Positions 8,696-18,580 are shown, counted from the first letter of the stretch. The stretch: DNA of 64,000 nt from Candidatus Saccharimonadota bacterium (GCA_028289135.1 JAQGGW010000005.1:139219-203218), one strand, 5' to 3'. Program-made: numbers and translations. The notes: generated by a model not told the origin, from the sequence alone.

Positions 8696-9901
8696 GTGAA
8701 AATATTAATGTTGGGCTGGGAACTACCGCCTCATAACAGCGGTGGGCTTGGAGTGGCGTGCATGAACTTATGCAAGGCCTTATCTGTTGCTGGCGCCGAT
8801 ATTCACTTTATTGTCCCTTATACTGCCGATCACAGCTCGATAGATTTTATGAAAGTTAGCGCTGCCACCCCAGTTGGAGTTAAAGAAGTACAACAATCTG
8901 GAATTGCTTATGACAGTTTTAAATTTACAGACACAAACGGCTACGAGGAATGGGTCAGCCTGTTTGATTATCACCGGATGTACGAAAAATCGATGGACAG
9001 CATAGTCGCAATGGGTGAATTTGACGTAATTCACGCCCACGACTGGCTAACGATGCGTGCCGCAGTCCGCGCAAAACAGATCAGCGGCAAGCCTTTGGTG
9101 GTACACATCCATGCCACGGAATTTGACCGCTCAGGCGGAAACCACGGCAACCCGATGGTCGAAGAGATCGAATACATGGGCATGATGATGGCCGACAAGA
9201 TCATTGCCGTGTCAGAACACACCAAAAAGGTGATTGTCGAGCATTACGGAATCCCGGCAGAAAAAATTGAAGTTGTATACAATAGCATCGACGTCGATAT
9301 TTATGACTCTGTCGTAGGCAAAAACGCCTACCCATATTTCGAAAAAATGCGCGAGCACGGCTATAAGGTCGTAATGAACTTTGGCCGCCTAACCGTGCAA
9401 AAAGGCCTTTATAACCTCGTGCAGGCAATGCGGATCGTTATCGAAAAACGCCCCAAGACGCTATTGGTATTTATGGGAAATGGCGAACAAGAGTTGGAGC
9501 TGCTGGAATTGGCTGCCGAGCTCGGAATTGGCGCTAATGTTATATTTACCGGTTTTCAGCGCGGCAAGAACTGGCGTGACATGCTGGACCAGTCCGATAT
9601 GTTCGTGATGCCTTCGATTAGCGAGCCTTTTGGGTTGACAGCGCTTGAAGCGGGGTCTTATGGAGTGACGACTCTCGTCAGCAAGCAGTCTGGCGTGGCC
9701 GAAGTAATGCGCAGTGCTCTGACGGTGGATTATTGGGATGTGAACGAAATGGCAAACCAGATCCTGGGTGTGCTAAATAGCAATGATCTGCAGGCGCAGC
9801 TGTCCGAAGATGTGCTGCGAGAAGTTTCAAAAATGTCGTGGCAGCACGAAGCCGATAAGCTCATGAATATTTACGCCCGCTATGATGGGGTGTACGCATG
9901 A
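8696..9901 (+). CDS. GT-B glycosyltransferase, glycogen-synthase-like
   Basis: N-terminus KILMLGWELPPHNSGGLGV, C-terminal EPFGLTALEA motif. GTG 8696 is 7 nt after AGGAA; the TTG at 8690 in the ORF track has no spacing for an SD. Confidence 0.8.
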   Translation: MKILMLGWELPPHNSGGLGVACMNLCKALSVAGADIHFIVPYTADHSSIDFMKVSAATPVGVKEVQQSGIAYDSFKFTDTNGYEEWVSLFDYHRMYEKSMDSIVAMGEFDVIHAHDWLTMRAAVRAKQISGKPLVVHIHATEFDRSGGNHGNPMVEEIEYMGMMMADKIIAVSEHTKKVIVEHYGIPAEKIEVVYNSIDVDIYDSVVGKNAYPYFEKMREHGYKVVMNFGRLTVQKGLYNLVQAMRIVIEKRPKTLLVFMGNGEQELELLELAAELGIGANVIFTGFQRGKNWRDMLDQSDMFVMPSISEPFGLTALEAGSYGVTTLVSKQSGVAEVMRSALTVDYWDVNEMANQILGVLNSNDLQAQLSEDVLREVSKMSWQHEADKLMNIYARYDGVYA

Positions 9902-11121
9902 GGCTCCACACAGAAGAACGCGCCATTGTGCTTTATCTGCACGTCCACCAGCCATTCCGCATCCGGCATTACACTATTTTTGACGCCGGCGAGAACCATG
10001 CCTATTTTGACGCGCCAGAGGGCGACGACACCAACAATGCTGACATTGTCCGCAAGGTCGCTGAAAAGTCTTATTACCCTATGAACGAGCGCCTTATGCG
10101 TATGATTAAGGACAACCCAGAGTTTAAGGTTTCGCTTTCCATCACCGGTACTGTGATAGAGCAGTTTGAACGCTACGCACCAGAAGTGCTTGAAAGTTTT
10201 AAAGCATTAGTTGCCACGGGCCGAGTTGAAATTTTAGCAGAAACCTATCATCACTCCTTAGCGTTCTTTTATTCCCGCCAAGAGTTTGAAGCCCAGGTAA
10301 AAATGCACCACGACAAGATAAAAGCTGTTTTTGGTCTAACGCCAACCGCATTCCGTAACACCGAACTTAGCTATAACAACGACATTGCCTACTGGGCCGA
10401 CCAGGCCGGCTATAAAGCGATCATATGCGAAGGCTGGGATCCAATCCTTGACTGGCGCTCACCGAATTTTGTCTACCGTCCTGCCTACACCGACAACATC
10501 AGGTTGCTGATGAAAAACTACAAACTCAGTGACGACCTGGCATTCCGTTTTGGCAATAAGGCATGGGAAGAATATCCGCTAGACACCCAAAAGTTTGTTA
10601 ACTGGGCCAATGCGGCATGGGACCAGCCAATTTTGAACCTTTTTATGGATTATGAAACTTTTGGCGAACACCAATGGGCTGACACCGGAATTTTTGACTT
10701 TATAGAAAACTTGCCAAAAGAATGGCTTAAAACAGCTGGGCATACATTTATGACCGTAACAGAGGCCGCTACTAATTTTGAACCTGTTGACCACATCGAC
10801 GTCCCGCACACAATCACTTGGGCCGACACTGAGCGCGACCTGACGGCGTGGCTTGGCAACCGCATGCAGCACGGCGCCATTACTGCCTTATACGCTTTGG
10901 AAAACGCTATTCTAGAAGCTAAAGATGAAGCCCTAACAGCCGACTGGCGCAAACTTCAAACCAGCGACCATTTTTATTATATGTGCACCAAATGGTGGAG
11001 TGACGGCGACGTCCACGCCTATTTTAGCCCCTACCAAACACCATATATAGCGTATATGAACTTTATGAACGCCTATCACGACATTAAATTCCGTTTAACC
11101 GAAAAAGGGGTGGAGGTTTAA
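9898..11121 (+). CDS. glycoside hydrolase family 57 (alpha-glucan-active)
   Basis: 407 aa. N-terminal LYLHVHQPFR signature typical of GH57. 4-nt overlap with the upstream GT. Confidence 0.8.
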   Translation: MRLHTEERAIVLYLHVHQPFRIRHYTIFDAGENHAYFDAPEGDDTNNADIVRKVAEKSYYPMNERLMRMIKDNPEFKVSLSITGTVIEQFERYAPEVLESFKALVATGRVEILAETYHHSLAFFYSRQEFEAQVKMHHDKIKAVFGLTPTAFRNTELSYNNDIAYWADQAGYKAIICEGWDPILDWRSPNFVYRPAYTDNIRLLMKNYKLSDDLAFRFGNKAWEEYPLDTQKFVNWANAAWDQPILNLFMDYETFGEHQWADTGIFDFIENLPKEWLKTAGHTFMTVTEAATNFEPVDHIDVPHTITWADTERDLTAWLGNRMQHGAITALYALENAILEAKDEALTADWRKLQTSDHFYYMCTKWWSDGDVHAYFSPYQTPYIAYMNFMNAYHDIKFRLTEKGVEV

Positions 11122-11122
11122 G

Positions 11123-13057
11123 ATGGGCAGGCCAGTAATTCTTGGTAACAATGCGCTAACGGTTGGGCTTAACGAACACGGGCTGGTGAACGATTTTTAT
11201 TATCCTTATGTTGGCTTAGAGAACCTAACAACTGCGCGTAGCCTGCATCACTCGGTTGGCGTCTGGGTAGACGGTGTGTTTTCTTGGGTAGATGACGAAA
11301 AATGGGATAAAAGCGTGGACTTCGAGGACGATGCGCTCATTAGTACCATTAGCATGCACAGCAAAGCGCTTGAGCTGGAGCTGTATTTTAAAGATTTTGT
11401 AGATTCGAGGGCAAATATTTTTTGCCGCCAGATTTATGTAAAAAACATGGCTAAAAAACAAAGAGATGTGCGGCTGTTTATGCACCAGGTCTTCCAGATT
11501 TCGGATTCTGGACGTGCTGACACGGCGCTGTTTGAGCCCGAAGAACATTATTTGCTGGACTACAAGGGCCGCTGCGTGCTTCTGATTGGCGGCATGAACG
11601 GAGACGGCGAACTTTTTGACCAGTACGCTGTTGGCAATTACGGCATGGAAGGCAAAGAAGGCACTTTCCGCGATGCAGAAGACGGCGAGCTGTCTGGCAG
11701 CGTTGTAGAGCACAGCGGCGTGGACTCGGTGATGCGTTTCCAAAAAATATTAGCCGCTGGAGCCGAACTTAAGGTTGACTATTGGATAGTTGCATCAGAC
11801 ACCCAGCAAGAGGCCGAAAAAATCCATATTATGCTCAAAGAAACAGGGCTGGATGAGCGGATAACCAGAACCCGGGCTCACTGGCAGCAGTGGCTGCTAA
11901 AATCCATTGAAAAACGCAGTGTAGTGAGCGATGAGCTCCAGCCATGGCTTACAAAGTCATTGCTACTAATTAAAGTGCACATCGATAAGCGCGGCGGGAT
12001 TATCGCCAGCTGCGACTCGTCTATATACAATTACGGCCGCGATTATTACAGCTATGTCTGGCCGCGTGACGGCGCCTTTGCGCTCTGGCCGTTGATCCGC
12101 CTGGGCTATTCGGCCGACGCCAAGCGCTTTTTTAGCTTTTGCAAAGACATTATGCACCCCGACGGCTACATGCTGCACAAATACCAGCCTGACCGCGCCA
12201 TTGGCAGCACCTGGCACCCTCTGCTGCATGGCAGGCACAAAGAGCTGGCCATCCAGGAAGACGAAACGGCAGTTGTTCTGTTTATGCTGGGTGAATTTTT
12301 GGACTACTGTGTGGACGAAGAATTTGTGCACGAAATGTATGATTCTTTCATCCGCCCGGCCGCCAACTTTATGTCAAAGTTTATAGACAAGCAAACCAAC
12401 TTGCCGCACGCATCGTATGACCTCTGGGAAGAAAAGTTTGCGACCCATACCTACACCACGGCCGTTACCTACGGCGCACTCAAAGTGGCAGCGCGGATTG
12501 CGGAAATGTTTAGCGAACACAACGACGCCGAAAAGTGGACGGCCGCAGCCAAACGGATTGGTGACGAGTCAAAAACATTCTTTAACGAAGAGCGCGGTAA
12601 TTATATTAAGGGCTTCTTGCTTGGCGATAACGACGAACTTGTCCTCGACAACACTCTCGATGTTTCGAGCACTTACGGCATATACATGTTCAACTACCCG
12701 GTCACAAAGGATCATCTTACGCTTAGCATTGCATCAATCGAAAAAGAACTGCTTAACTCAGCGCCAATTGGCGGCGTGCCAAGGTATGAATATGACAACT
12801 ATTTTGCCTCTACCCCGCCGTACAAAGGCAACCCATGGTTTGTCACAACACTGTGGCTGGCCCAGCTTTATATGCGCACCGGCGAATACGAAAAGGCCAT
12901 GCAGCTGCTTAAGTGGAGCACCGATCGAGCGGCACCAAGCGGAGCGTTGGCCGAGCAGGTAAACCCAGAAAGCGGCTTTGCAACAGGGGTGTCGCCGCTT
13001 GTTTGGAGCCATGCCGAACTGGCCAACACAATACTGGACGTCTCAAAAACCAAGTAA
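11123..13057 (+). CDS. glycoside hydrolase family 15 (glucoamylase/glucodextranase-like)
   Basis: 644 aa. YSYVWPRDGAF and C-terminal (alpha/alpha)6-type WSHAE segment. Confidence 0.8.
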   Translation: MGRPVILGNNALTVGLNEHGLVNDFYYPYVGLENLTTARSLHHSVGVWVDGVFSWVDDEKWDKSVDFEDDALISTISMHSKALELELYFKDFVDSRANIFCRQIYVKNMAKKQRDVRLFMHQVFQISDSGRADTALFEPEEHYLLDYKGRCVLLIGGMNGDGELFDQYAVGNYGMEGKEGTFRDAEDGELSGSVVEHSGVDSVMRFQKILAAGAELKVDYWIVASDTQQEAEKIHIMLKETGLDERITRTRAHWQQWLLKSIEKRSVVSDELQPWLTKSLLLIKVHIDKRGGIIASCDSSIYNYGRDYYSYVWPRDGAFALWPLIRLGYSADAKRFFSFCKDIMHPDGYMLHKYQPDRAIGSTWHPLLHGRHKELAIQEDETAVVLFMLGEFLDYCVDEEFVHEMYDSFIRPAANFMSKFIDKQTNLPHASYDLWEEKFATHTYTTAVTYGALKVAARIAEMFSEHNDAEKWTAAAKRIGDESKTFFNEERGNYIKGFLLGDNDELVLDNTLDVSSTYGIYMFNYPVTKDHLTLSIASIEKELLNSAPIGGVPRYEYDNYFASTPPYKGNPWFVTTLWLAQLYMRTGEYEKAMQLLKWSTDRAAPSGALAEQVNPESGFATGVSPLVWSHAELANTILDVSKTK

Positions 13058-13091
13058 AAAATATATAAAACTAGCGCACTATTGACATAAG

Positions 13092-13220
13092 TGGTATAAT
13101 ATCACCGTAATGAAATACTTTTTATCTAACCAGAACCATCTGCATATATCGCCGGAGCTTGTCGGTTAGTTTTCTATTTCTCTTGAATTATTAAAACGCC
13201 GATGAATTTCGGCGTTTTTT
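13092..13220 (+). promoter_or_regulatory. leaderless leader-ORF attenuator upstream of the his genes (His codons)
   Basis: Extended -10 TGGTATAAT (13092-13100). ATG 13110 opens the 19-codon ORF MKYFLSNQNHLHISPELVG (to 13169). TCGGTTAGTTTT (13162-13173) mimics the terminator 3' arm. Terminator AAAACGCCGA/TCGGCGTTTT plus T-run at 13193-13220. Confidence 0.55.
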
Positions 13221-13282
13221 ATACCCCTTGAACAATTTTCATGGGGCATTTTGATTTGTTTTAAATAATTTAGGAGAATGAA

Positions 13283-13984
13283 ATGAGTAATTTAGAAATA
13301 GAGGCGGCCAGGGAGGCTGCCTTAGAGGCACGACAGGTGCTTTTCCCGAACAGATACGAAGAGCCATTAATTGAAGCTTTCCAAGACTTAACGGGAATTG
13401 AAGTGCCTACACCAAAACCCAGGCAGATAACCGTTATGTCCAAAGGGGTAACCTTTGTTTTTCCGAGAGGGAGGAACATTCCATGGCTTACGGCACTTGC
13501 CAACAGGCAGCAAAATGCACCACCAACAATTGGTATGACTGGCTCAGAATGGTACGGCGAATATGCCATGGGAAGTCTTGGTAACTATAACCGTCCGCGA
13601 GTCAATGGGTTCCAAATAAGAGACAAAAAAATGGGTGAGGTTGCTTTGTTTACCCCATCTAATGTAGATAGTGAAGAAACAGCTTTGCAGTTCGCTTACA
13701 ACAAAAAAATAAGTGTTGTAACACCTTACCCCAAGCTGCTGGCGGCAATAGCAGTAAGCGATGGGTGGAGAATATATCAGGCTGAAATTTTTGACGACAT
13801 GCAAGAAACTATCAGCGGCGGTGTTGAAGCCGTAGCCGAGATGTTTGGTTTGCCTGGTGTAGACCTTGTCTGCAAAGGCGATACGCTGGACGCAAATAAC
13901 TGTACCTATATCGGAGTATTACGTGATGTTTTTCCAACGCTTGTTGCGGCAGGACGCTCGAGGTCAAATCGTGAAGCAATATAA
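13283..13984 (+). CDS. hisG: ATP phosphoribosyltransferase-like protein (divergent HisG)
   Basis: 233 aa. RGRNIPWL...IGMTGSEWYGE and ISGGVEAVAEMFGLPGVDLVCKGDTLDANN resemble HisG blocks; the N-terminus is atypical. SD AGGAGA. Confidence 0.6.
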   Translation: MSNLEIEAAREAALEARQVLFPNRYEEPLIEAFQDLTGIEVPTPKPRQITVMSKGVTFVFPRGRNIPWLTALANRQQNAPPTIGMTGSEWYGEYAMGSLGNYNRPRVNGFQIRDKKMGEVALFTPSNVDSEETALQFAYNKKISVVTPYPKLLAAIAVSDGWRIYQAEIFDDMQETISGGVEAVAEMFGLPGVDLVCKGDTLDANNCTYIGVLRDVFPTLVAAGRSRSNREAI

Positions 13985-15263
13985 AAACCCCCGACCAAAG
14001 GACTGGGCAAGCATATGTATGCGACCAGTTTTTGAACGCGCAAGTCTTGAAGATACTATTTCAAAAATCTTCGAGGATGTTCGGATAAACGGTGACAAAG
14101 CATTAAAAAGTCTAACTAAAAAATATGACGGTATAGATTTAGCGAATGTAATGCTTAGTAAAGAAGAGATATCAGAATTGGCTAGTACGACGCCTCCGGA
14201 TCTGAAAATGGCAATCTTGACGGCGTACAAGAATATCTTGTCATTCCACAGGCTCCAGGTTCCGTTAAACTTAAAACCTTACGAAACATCTAGGGGTGTT
14301 GTCTGTTGGCAAGAAAACAAGGCGATAGAAAAAGTGGGGTTGTATATACCTGGTGGTAGCGCCCCATTGATTTCAACAGTGTTGATGCTTGGCATACCGG
14401 CTAGGCTCGCTGGCTGTTCAGAGGTGATTCTTTGCACCCCGCCCTCAGCAGATGGTTTGGTTAATCCAGCCATATGTCTTGCTGCTCAGCTAGTTGGCGT
14501 TTCAAAAATAATCCGCGTAGGCGGTGTCCAGGCAATTGCGGGGCTAACTTTTGGAACCGAAAGCGTGCCAGCCGTAAATAAAGTTTTTGGTCCTGGCAAC
14601 CAATATGTTTCGGCCGCTAAAGAATATGCGCGGCGGTATGGGGTTGGTTTAGATTTGCCGGCCGGGCCATCTGAGATTATGGTGATTGCCGATGAAACCG
14701 CAATTCCAGCTTTTGTTGCAGCCGATCTTTTGAGCCAAGCGGAGCACGGTCCGGATAGCCAGGTCGTGCTCGTGGCATCAAAAACCGAAGTAATAGATAA
14801 GGTGCAGCGTGAAATTTTAAAACAGTTAAAAGATTTACCTCGTCGCGAGATCGTAATAAAGGCTTTAGAAAATTCGTTTTGCGTCTTGTTTAAAGATGTA
14901 AAAACAGCAATGGACTTTGCGAATACTTACGCACCAGAGCACCTTATTTTGAGTGTAGCGAACCCTGAAAAAATTGCTGGGCAGGTTATAAACGCCGGTT
15001 CGGTATTTCTTGGAAACTTTACGCCCGAAAGTGCCGGCGACTATGCAAGCGGCACAAATCACACATTGCCCACGGGAGGCTGGACAAAAGCATACGGGAG
15101 CTTGGGAGTTGATGATTTTCTAAAAAAGATCAGTTTCCAAAATATAAGTAAGGACGGCCTGGAAGGACTTGCTTCAATCATTACGACAATAGCGGAGGCT
15201 GAAGGGCTTGGAGCTCACGCCCGTGCTGTAATAAAACGGCTAAATTTTAAGGAGAACATATGA
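13971..15263 (+). CDS. hisD: histidinol dehydrogenase
   Basis: QAEHGPDSQ, APEHL and GDYASGTNHTLPT motifs. The ORF is open from 13866; GTG 13971 (14-nt overlap with hisG) or ATG 14019 fit HisD N-termini better, so the start is uncertain. Confidence 0.88.
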   Translation: MKQYKNPRPKDWASICMRPVFERASLEDTISKIFEDVRINGDKALKSLTKKYDGIDLANVMLSKEEISELASTTPPDLKMAILTAYKNILSFHRLQVPLNLKPYETSRGVVCWQENKAIEKVGLYIPGGSAPLISTVLMLGIPARLAGCSEVILCTPPSADGLVNPAICLAAQLVGVSKIIRVGGVQAIAGLTFGTESVPAVNKVFGPGNQYVSAAKEYARRYGVGLDLPAGPSEIMVIADETAIPAFVAADLLSQAEHGPDSQVVLVASKTEVIDKVQREILKQLKDLPRREIVIKALENSFCVLFKDVKTAMDFANTYAPEHLILSVANPEKIAGQVINAGSVFLGNFTPESAGDYASGTNHTLPTGGWTKAYGSLGVDDFLKKISFQNISKDGLEGLASIITTIAEAEGLGAHARAVIKRLNFKENI

Positions 15264-15664
15264 GTGAATTAAGGCTACTGACAAATATTGACAAACAACT
15301 CTGTTTTGATAAAGCCCCATTTACCGAAGCAGGCCAAGGTATGGTTTCGGCGATTGCAATAGATAGGTTAATGCTGGCGATAGACGGGCTTGCAGCAGTA
15401 CGCATGCAGGCCTATATGACCAGAGAGGCCGTTGAAGCGACTATTCTTGACGGATTTGTAACTTGGTTTTCGCGGTCCAGACAAGATCTTTGGCAAAAAG
15501 GTGAAACTACCGGCAACGTGTTACGGGTACGTGATGCCTGCAAAGGCGGTCTATTTTTGGGACGTGCGATCTGGGTAGACTGTGACGGCGATTCGCTGCT
15601 TATTGACGTCGAACCCATGGGCCCAACCTGCCACACTGGCGCACGTTCTTGTTTTGAAATGTAA
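15260..15664 (+). CDS. hisI: phosphoribosyl-AMP cyclohydrolase (HisI domain only)
   Basis: 134 aa. DCDGDSLLIDVEPMGPTCHTGARSCF signature. 4-nt overlap with hisD. Confidence 0.85.
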   Translation: MSELRLLTNIDKQLCFDKAPFTEAGQGMVSAIAIDRLMLAIDGLAAVRMQAYMTREAVEATILDGFVTWFSRSRQDLWQKGETTGNVLRVRDACKGGLFLGRAIWVDCDGDSLLIDVEPMGPTCHTGARSCFEM

Positions 15665-15684
15665 ACTATAGGAGAATAAACGTA

Positions 15685-16992
15685 ATGAGTCTTTCAACAC
15701 AACCGTACAAAGGTACCCGGGATTTTTATCCTGAGGACAAACGAATCCAGAAATATATGTTTAACAAATGGCGTGATGTCTTTGAGCTTTTTGGCTACGA
15801 AGAATACGACGCGCCGGTTTTGGAGCCGACTGAGCTCTATCTTGCCAAGGGCAATGAAGAGATCATCCAAGAGCAAACGTACACCTTTTTGGACCGCGGC
15901 GAGCGAAGTGTAACGCTGCGAACCGAAATGACGCCAAGTGTGAGCCGGTTGGTGGCGGCCAAGCGCCAAGAGCTGGCATATCCGCTGCGCTGGTACTCAA
16001 TACCAAACCTATGGCGTTATGAACGGCCGCAAAAAGGCCGATTGAGAGAGTTTTGGCAGCTTAATGTCGACATTTTTGGTGTTGCCGGAATTGAGGCCGA
16101 CCAAGAGATAATCCAGGTGGCCGATGCCACGGTACTTAGTTTTGGCGCCAAGCGCACAATGTATAGCATTAAGCTCAACAACCGGGCACTGATGAACTAT
16201 ATTAGCAATGATTTTTTAGGTCTTGATTCCGTTCAGTCCACTACGTTAATCCGCCTTATTGACCGCATGAATAAAATGAAGGCGCCCGAGTTTTGGGGTC
16301 TGGTGGAAGCAATATTTAGCCCCTCGCAGCGCGATGCAAAACTAACAGACAAACTAAAAAAGATTTTGAACGCTAAAACAATGAAAGCCCTTCCAAAAGA
16401 AGTTGCGGCATCTGAGCCGGCCCAAAAACTTGGTAAATTAATTGAGCTTCTGCACCTCCAAGGCATTAGTAATGCCGTTTACGACCCAACATTGATGCGC
16501 GGGTTTGACTATTACACGGACATTGTTTTTGAAGTGTTTGACACAGACCCAGAAAATAACCGCTCGATGTTTGGCGGCGGACGTTATGACGGCCTAATCG
16601 GCCAGTTTGGCGTAGAACCTGTTCCGTCGGTCGGTTTTGCTGCGGGCGATGTAACATTCCAGAACTTTTTAGAATCACATGAGCTTTTGCCAGTTCTTGC
16701 TAGCGAAACAGATGTGTACGTCATTCTGATTGGTGATGTGTACGAGCGTGCCATTAAACCAATACAAGAGCTCCGTGAAATGGGCGTGAAAGTTGCCGTG
16801 GATTTGACGGGCCGTAAAATGGATAAACAGATTAAAACTGCATTAAAAAAGAACATTCCGTATGCATTGTTTATAGGCGAGGAGGAGCTTAAAAAAGGCC
16901 AGTTCAAGCTTAAAGAACTTGCTAAGAACAGCGAAGAATCTTTGGCATTGGCTCGGATCGTGACCGTGGTAAAAGATTACCGCCGCAAGTAA
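15685..16992 (+). CDS. hisS: histidyl-tRNA synthetase
   Basis: 435 aa. GTRDFYP, class II motif 2 (RYERPQKGRLREFWQ), motif 3 (GGGRYDGL). SD GGAGAA. Confidence 0.92.
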   Translation: MSLSTQPYKGTRDFYPEDKRIQKYMFNKWRDVFELFGYEEYDAPVLEPTELYLAKGNEEIIQEQTYTFLDRGERSVTLRTEMTPSVSRLVAAKRQELAYPLRWYSIPNLWRYERPQKGRLREFWQLNVDIFGVAGIEADQEIIQVADATVLSFGAKRTMYSIKLNNRALMNYISNDFLGLDSVQSTTLIRLIDRMNKMKAPEFWGLVEAIFSPSQRDAKLTDKLKKILNAKTMKALPKEVAASEPAQKLGKLIELLHLQGISNAVYDPTLMRGFDYYTDIVFEVFDTDPENNRSMFGGGRYDGLIGQFGVEPVPSVGFAAGDVTFQNFLESHELLPVLASETDVYVILIGDVYERAIKPIQELREMGVKVAVDLTGRKMDKQIKTALKKNIPYALFIGEEELKKGQFKLKELAKNSEESLALARIVTVVKDYRRK

Positions 16993-17022
16993 GCGCTTAC
17001 GCTCGCAATCCTTAAGCCAATC

Positions 17023-17031
17023 TGTTAAAAT
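17023..17031 (+). promoter_or_regulatory. extended -10 promoter TGTTAAAAT of tig (recurrent ATCTGTTAAAAT motif)
   Basis: ATCTGTTAAAAT at 17020-17031. The tig ATG (17040) lies 8 nt after the -10 and there is no SD, so the transcript is probably leaderless. Confidence 0.55.
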
Positions 17032-17039
17032 CGTTAGTT

Positions 17040-18320
17040 ATGCATATAACCAAAGTCCAAAAGAACCCCAATTTAGTCGAACTAACTATTACCGCCAATG
17101 AAGCGGACTTGAGCCCAGTCAAGGCAAACACGCTTAAAAAACTAGCGCCAAACGTAAAACTCGCTGGTTTCCGCGAAGGCAAAGTGCCGCTTAATATGGT
17201 CGAAAAAAACCTCGACCAAGCGGCTTTCCAGAGTGAGTTTTTAGACATGGCTGTTAATGCACTTTACAACCAAGCCTTGACCCAAGAAGACCTCCGTCCA
17301 GTGGCGAACCCAGAGATGAACCTTAGTAAATTTGTACCTTTTACTTTGCTTGAGTTTACCTTGACCGTACCAGTGATCGGTACAATCAAGCTTGGCGACT
17401 ACAAAAGCATCAAGATGAAAAAGACGCCTGTGACGATTGAGGCTAAGCAGGTTAACGAAGTCGTGGCATCACTTCAAAAGCGGATGGCCGAGCGCGCGCC
17501 TGTGATTAGGGCCGCAAAAGACGGCGACGAAGTTATGTTGGACTTTAAAGGTACAGACGAAAAAGGCGAAGCCGTTGGTGGGGCCGAGGGTAAGGACTAT
17601 CCTTTGGCACTTGGCAGTAACACTTTTATCCCGGGCTTTGAAGAAAACGTAGTTGGGCTAAAGCCTACCGAAACTAAGACCTTTACAATTCCATTTCCTA
17701 AAGACTACGGCGTAAAAGCGCTGCAAGGCAAAAAAGTAACGTTTGAGATTACTGTTAACTCAGTCAACGAACTTGTTGAGCCAAAACTGGATGATGACTT
17801 TGCCGCCAAGGCTGGTCCGTTTAAGACTCTAGCAGAGCTAAAAGAAGACATCAAAAAGCAGCTTTTGGTTGAGCGCGAGCAAGAAGCCGAGCGCAACTAC
17901 GAAGAAGCGCTGCTGCAGGAAATTGCTAAAAAAAGTAAAATCAGCGTACCAAAAGAATTGGTGGACGAGCAGATTGAACGGATTGAAAACGAAGAAAAGC
18001 AGAATCTTGTCTATCGCGGCCAAACATGGGAAGAGCACCTCAAAGCCGAAGGCGTAACTGCCGATGAGCACAAAGAGCAAAAACGCGGTGCCGCAACCAG
18101 CCGGGTTGAGATTGGTATTTTATTATCCGAAATTGCCGAAGCCGAGAAAATTACCGTCGAGCCAAAAGAATTTGACGCCCGGATTAAGGCCATGAAAGCC
18201 CAGTATCAAGATGCCGCCGCCCAGTCGGAGCTAGATAAGCCAGAAGTCCAGCGCGACATCTTGGCGCGGATGATTACTGAAAAAACTATCAATAAGCTTG
18301 TTGGCTACGCTACAAAGTAA
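17040..18320 (+). CDS. tig: trigger factor
   Basis: 426 aa. FKBP-type segment FIPGFEENVVGLK; three-domain length and order typical of Tig. Confidence 0.9.
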   Translation: MHITKVQKNPNLVELTITANEADLSPVKANTLKKLAPNVKLAGFREGKVPLNMVEKNLDQAAFQSEFLDMAVNALYNQALTQEDLRPVANPEMNLSKFVPFTLLEFTLTVPVIGTIKLGDYKSIKMKKTPVTIEAKQVNEVVASLQKRMAERAPVIRAAKDGDEVMLDFKGTDEKGEAVGGAEGKDYPLALGSNTFIPGFEENVVGLKPTETKTFTIPFPKDYGVKALQGKKVTFEITVNSVNELVEPKLDDDFAAKAGPFKTLAELKEDIKKQLLVEREQEAERNYEEALLQEIAKKSKISVPKELVDEQIERIENEEKQNLVYRGQTWEEHLKAEGVTADEHKEQKRGAATSRVEIGILLSEIAEAEKITVEPKEFDARIKAMKAQYQDAAAQSELDKPEVQRDILARMITEKTINKLVGYATK

Positions 18321-18325
18321 AGCAT

Positions 18326-18580
18326 ATGGCAGACGACTCTGAGAGAGTGCAAGGCTTCATAGGAAATGGTGAAATGCTCGACATTTCACATATTGTCCGG
18401 CTGGGAAGATATGCTGCTAACGCGGGACTAACATTGCTTAGTTTGTATAGCATTGGCCTTTTGCGGCCGTTAGGTGAAAGTGATCCGCATAATGTAACCA
18501 GCCCTGACGGGTATACTTTAGGTGCAACATTGGTTCTCAGTATTGCAGAAGGAATAAGAAGAATTAGCACTCGGACTTGA
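18326..18580 (+). CDS. hypothetical small protein (84 aa) between tig and clpP
   Basis: ATG 5 nt after the tig stop, no SD. An antisense ORF is also open. Hairpin GCACTCG-GACTTGA-CGAGTGC follows. Confidence 0.3.
   Translation: MADDSERVQGFIGNGEMLDISHIVRLGRYAANAGLTLLSLYSIGLLRPLGESDPHNVTSPDGYTLGATLVLSIAEGIRRISTRT

Noticed and set aside
13866-13970. Long N-terminal extension of hisD overlapping hisG by 119 nt
   Set aside because: The extension has no HisD counterpart. GTG 13971 or ATG 14019 align with canonical HisD N-termini (LLMRP-type block).
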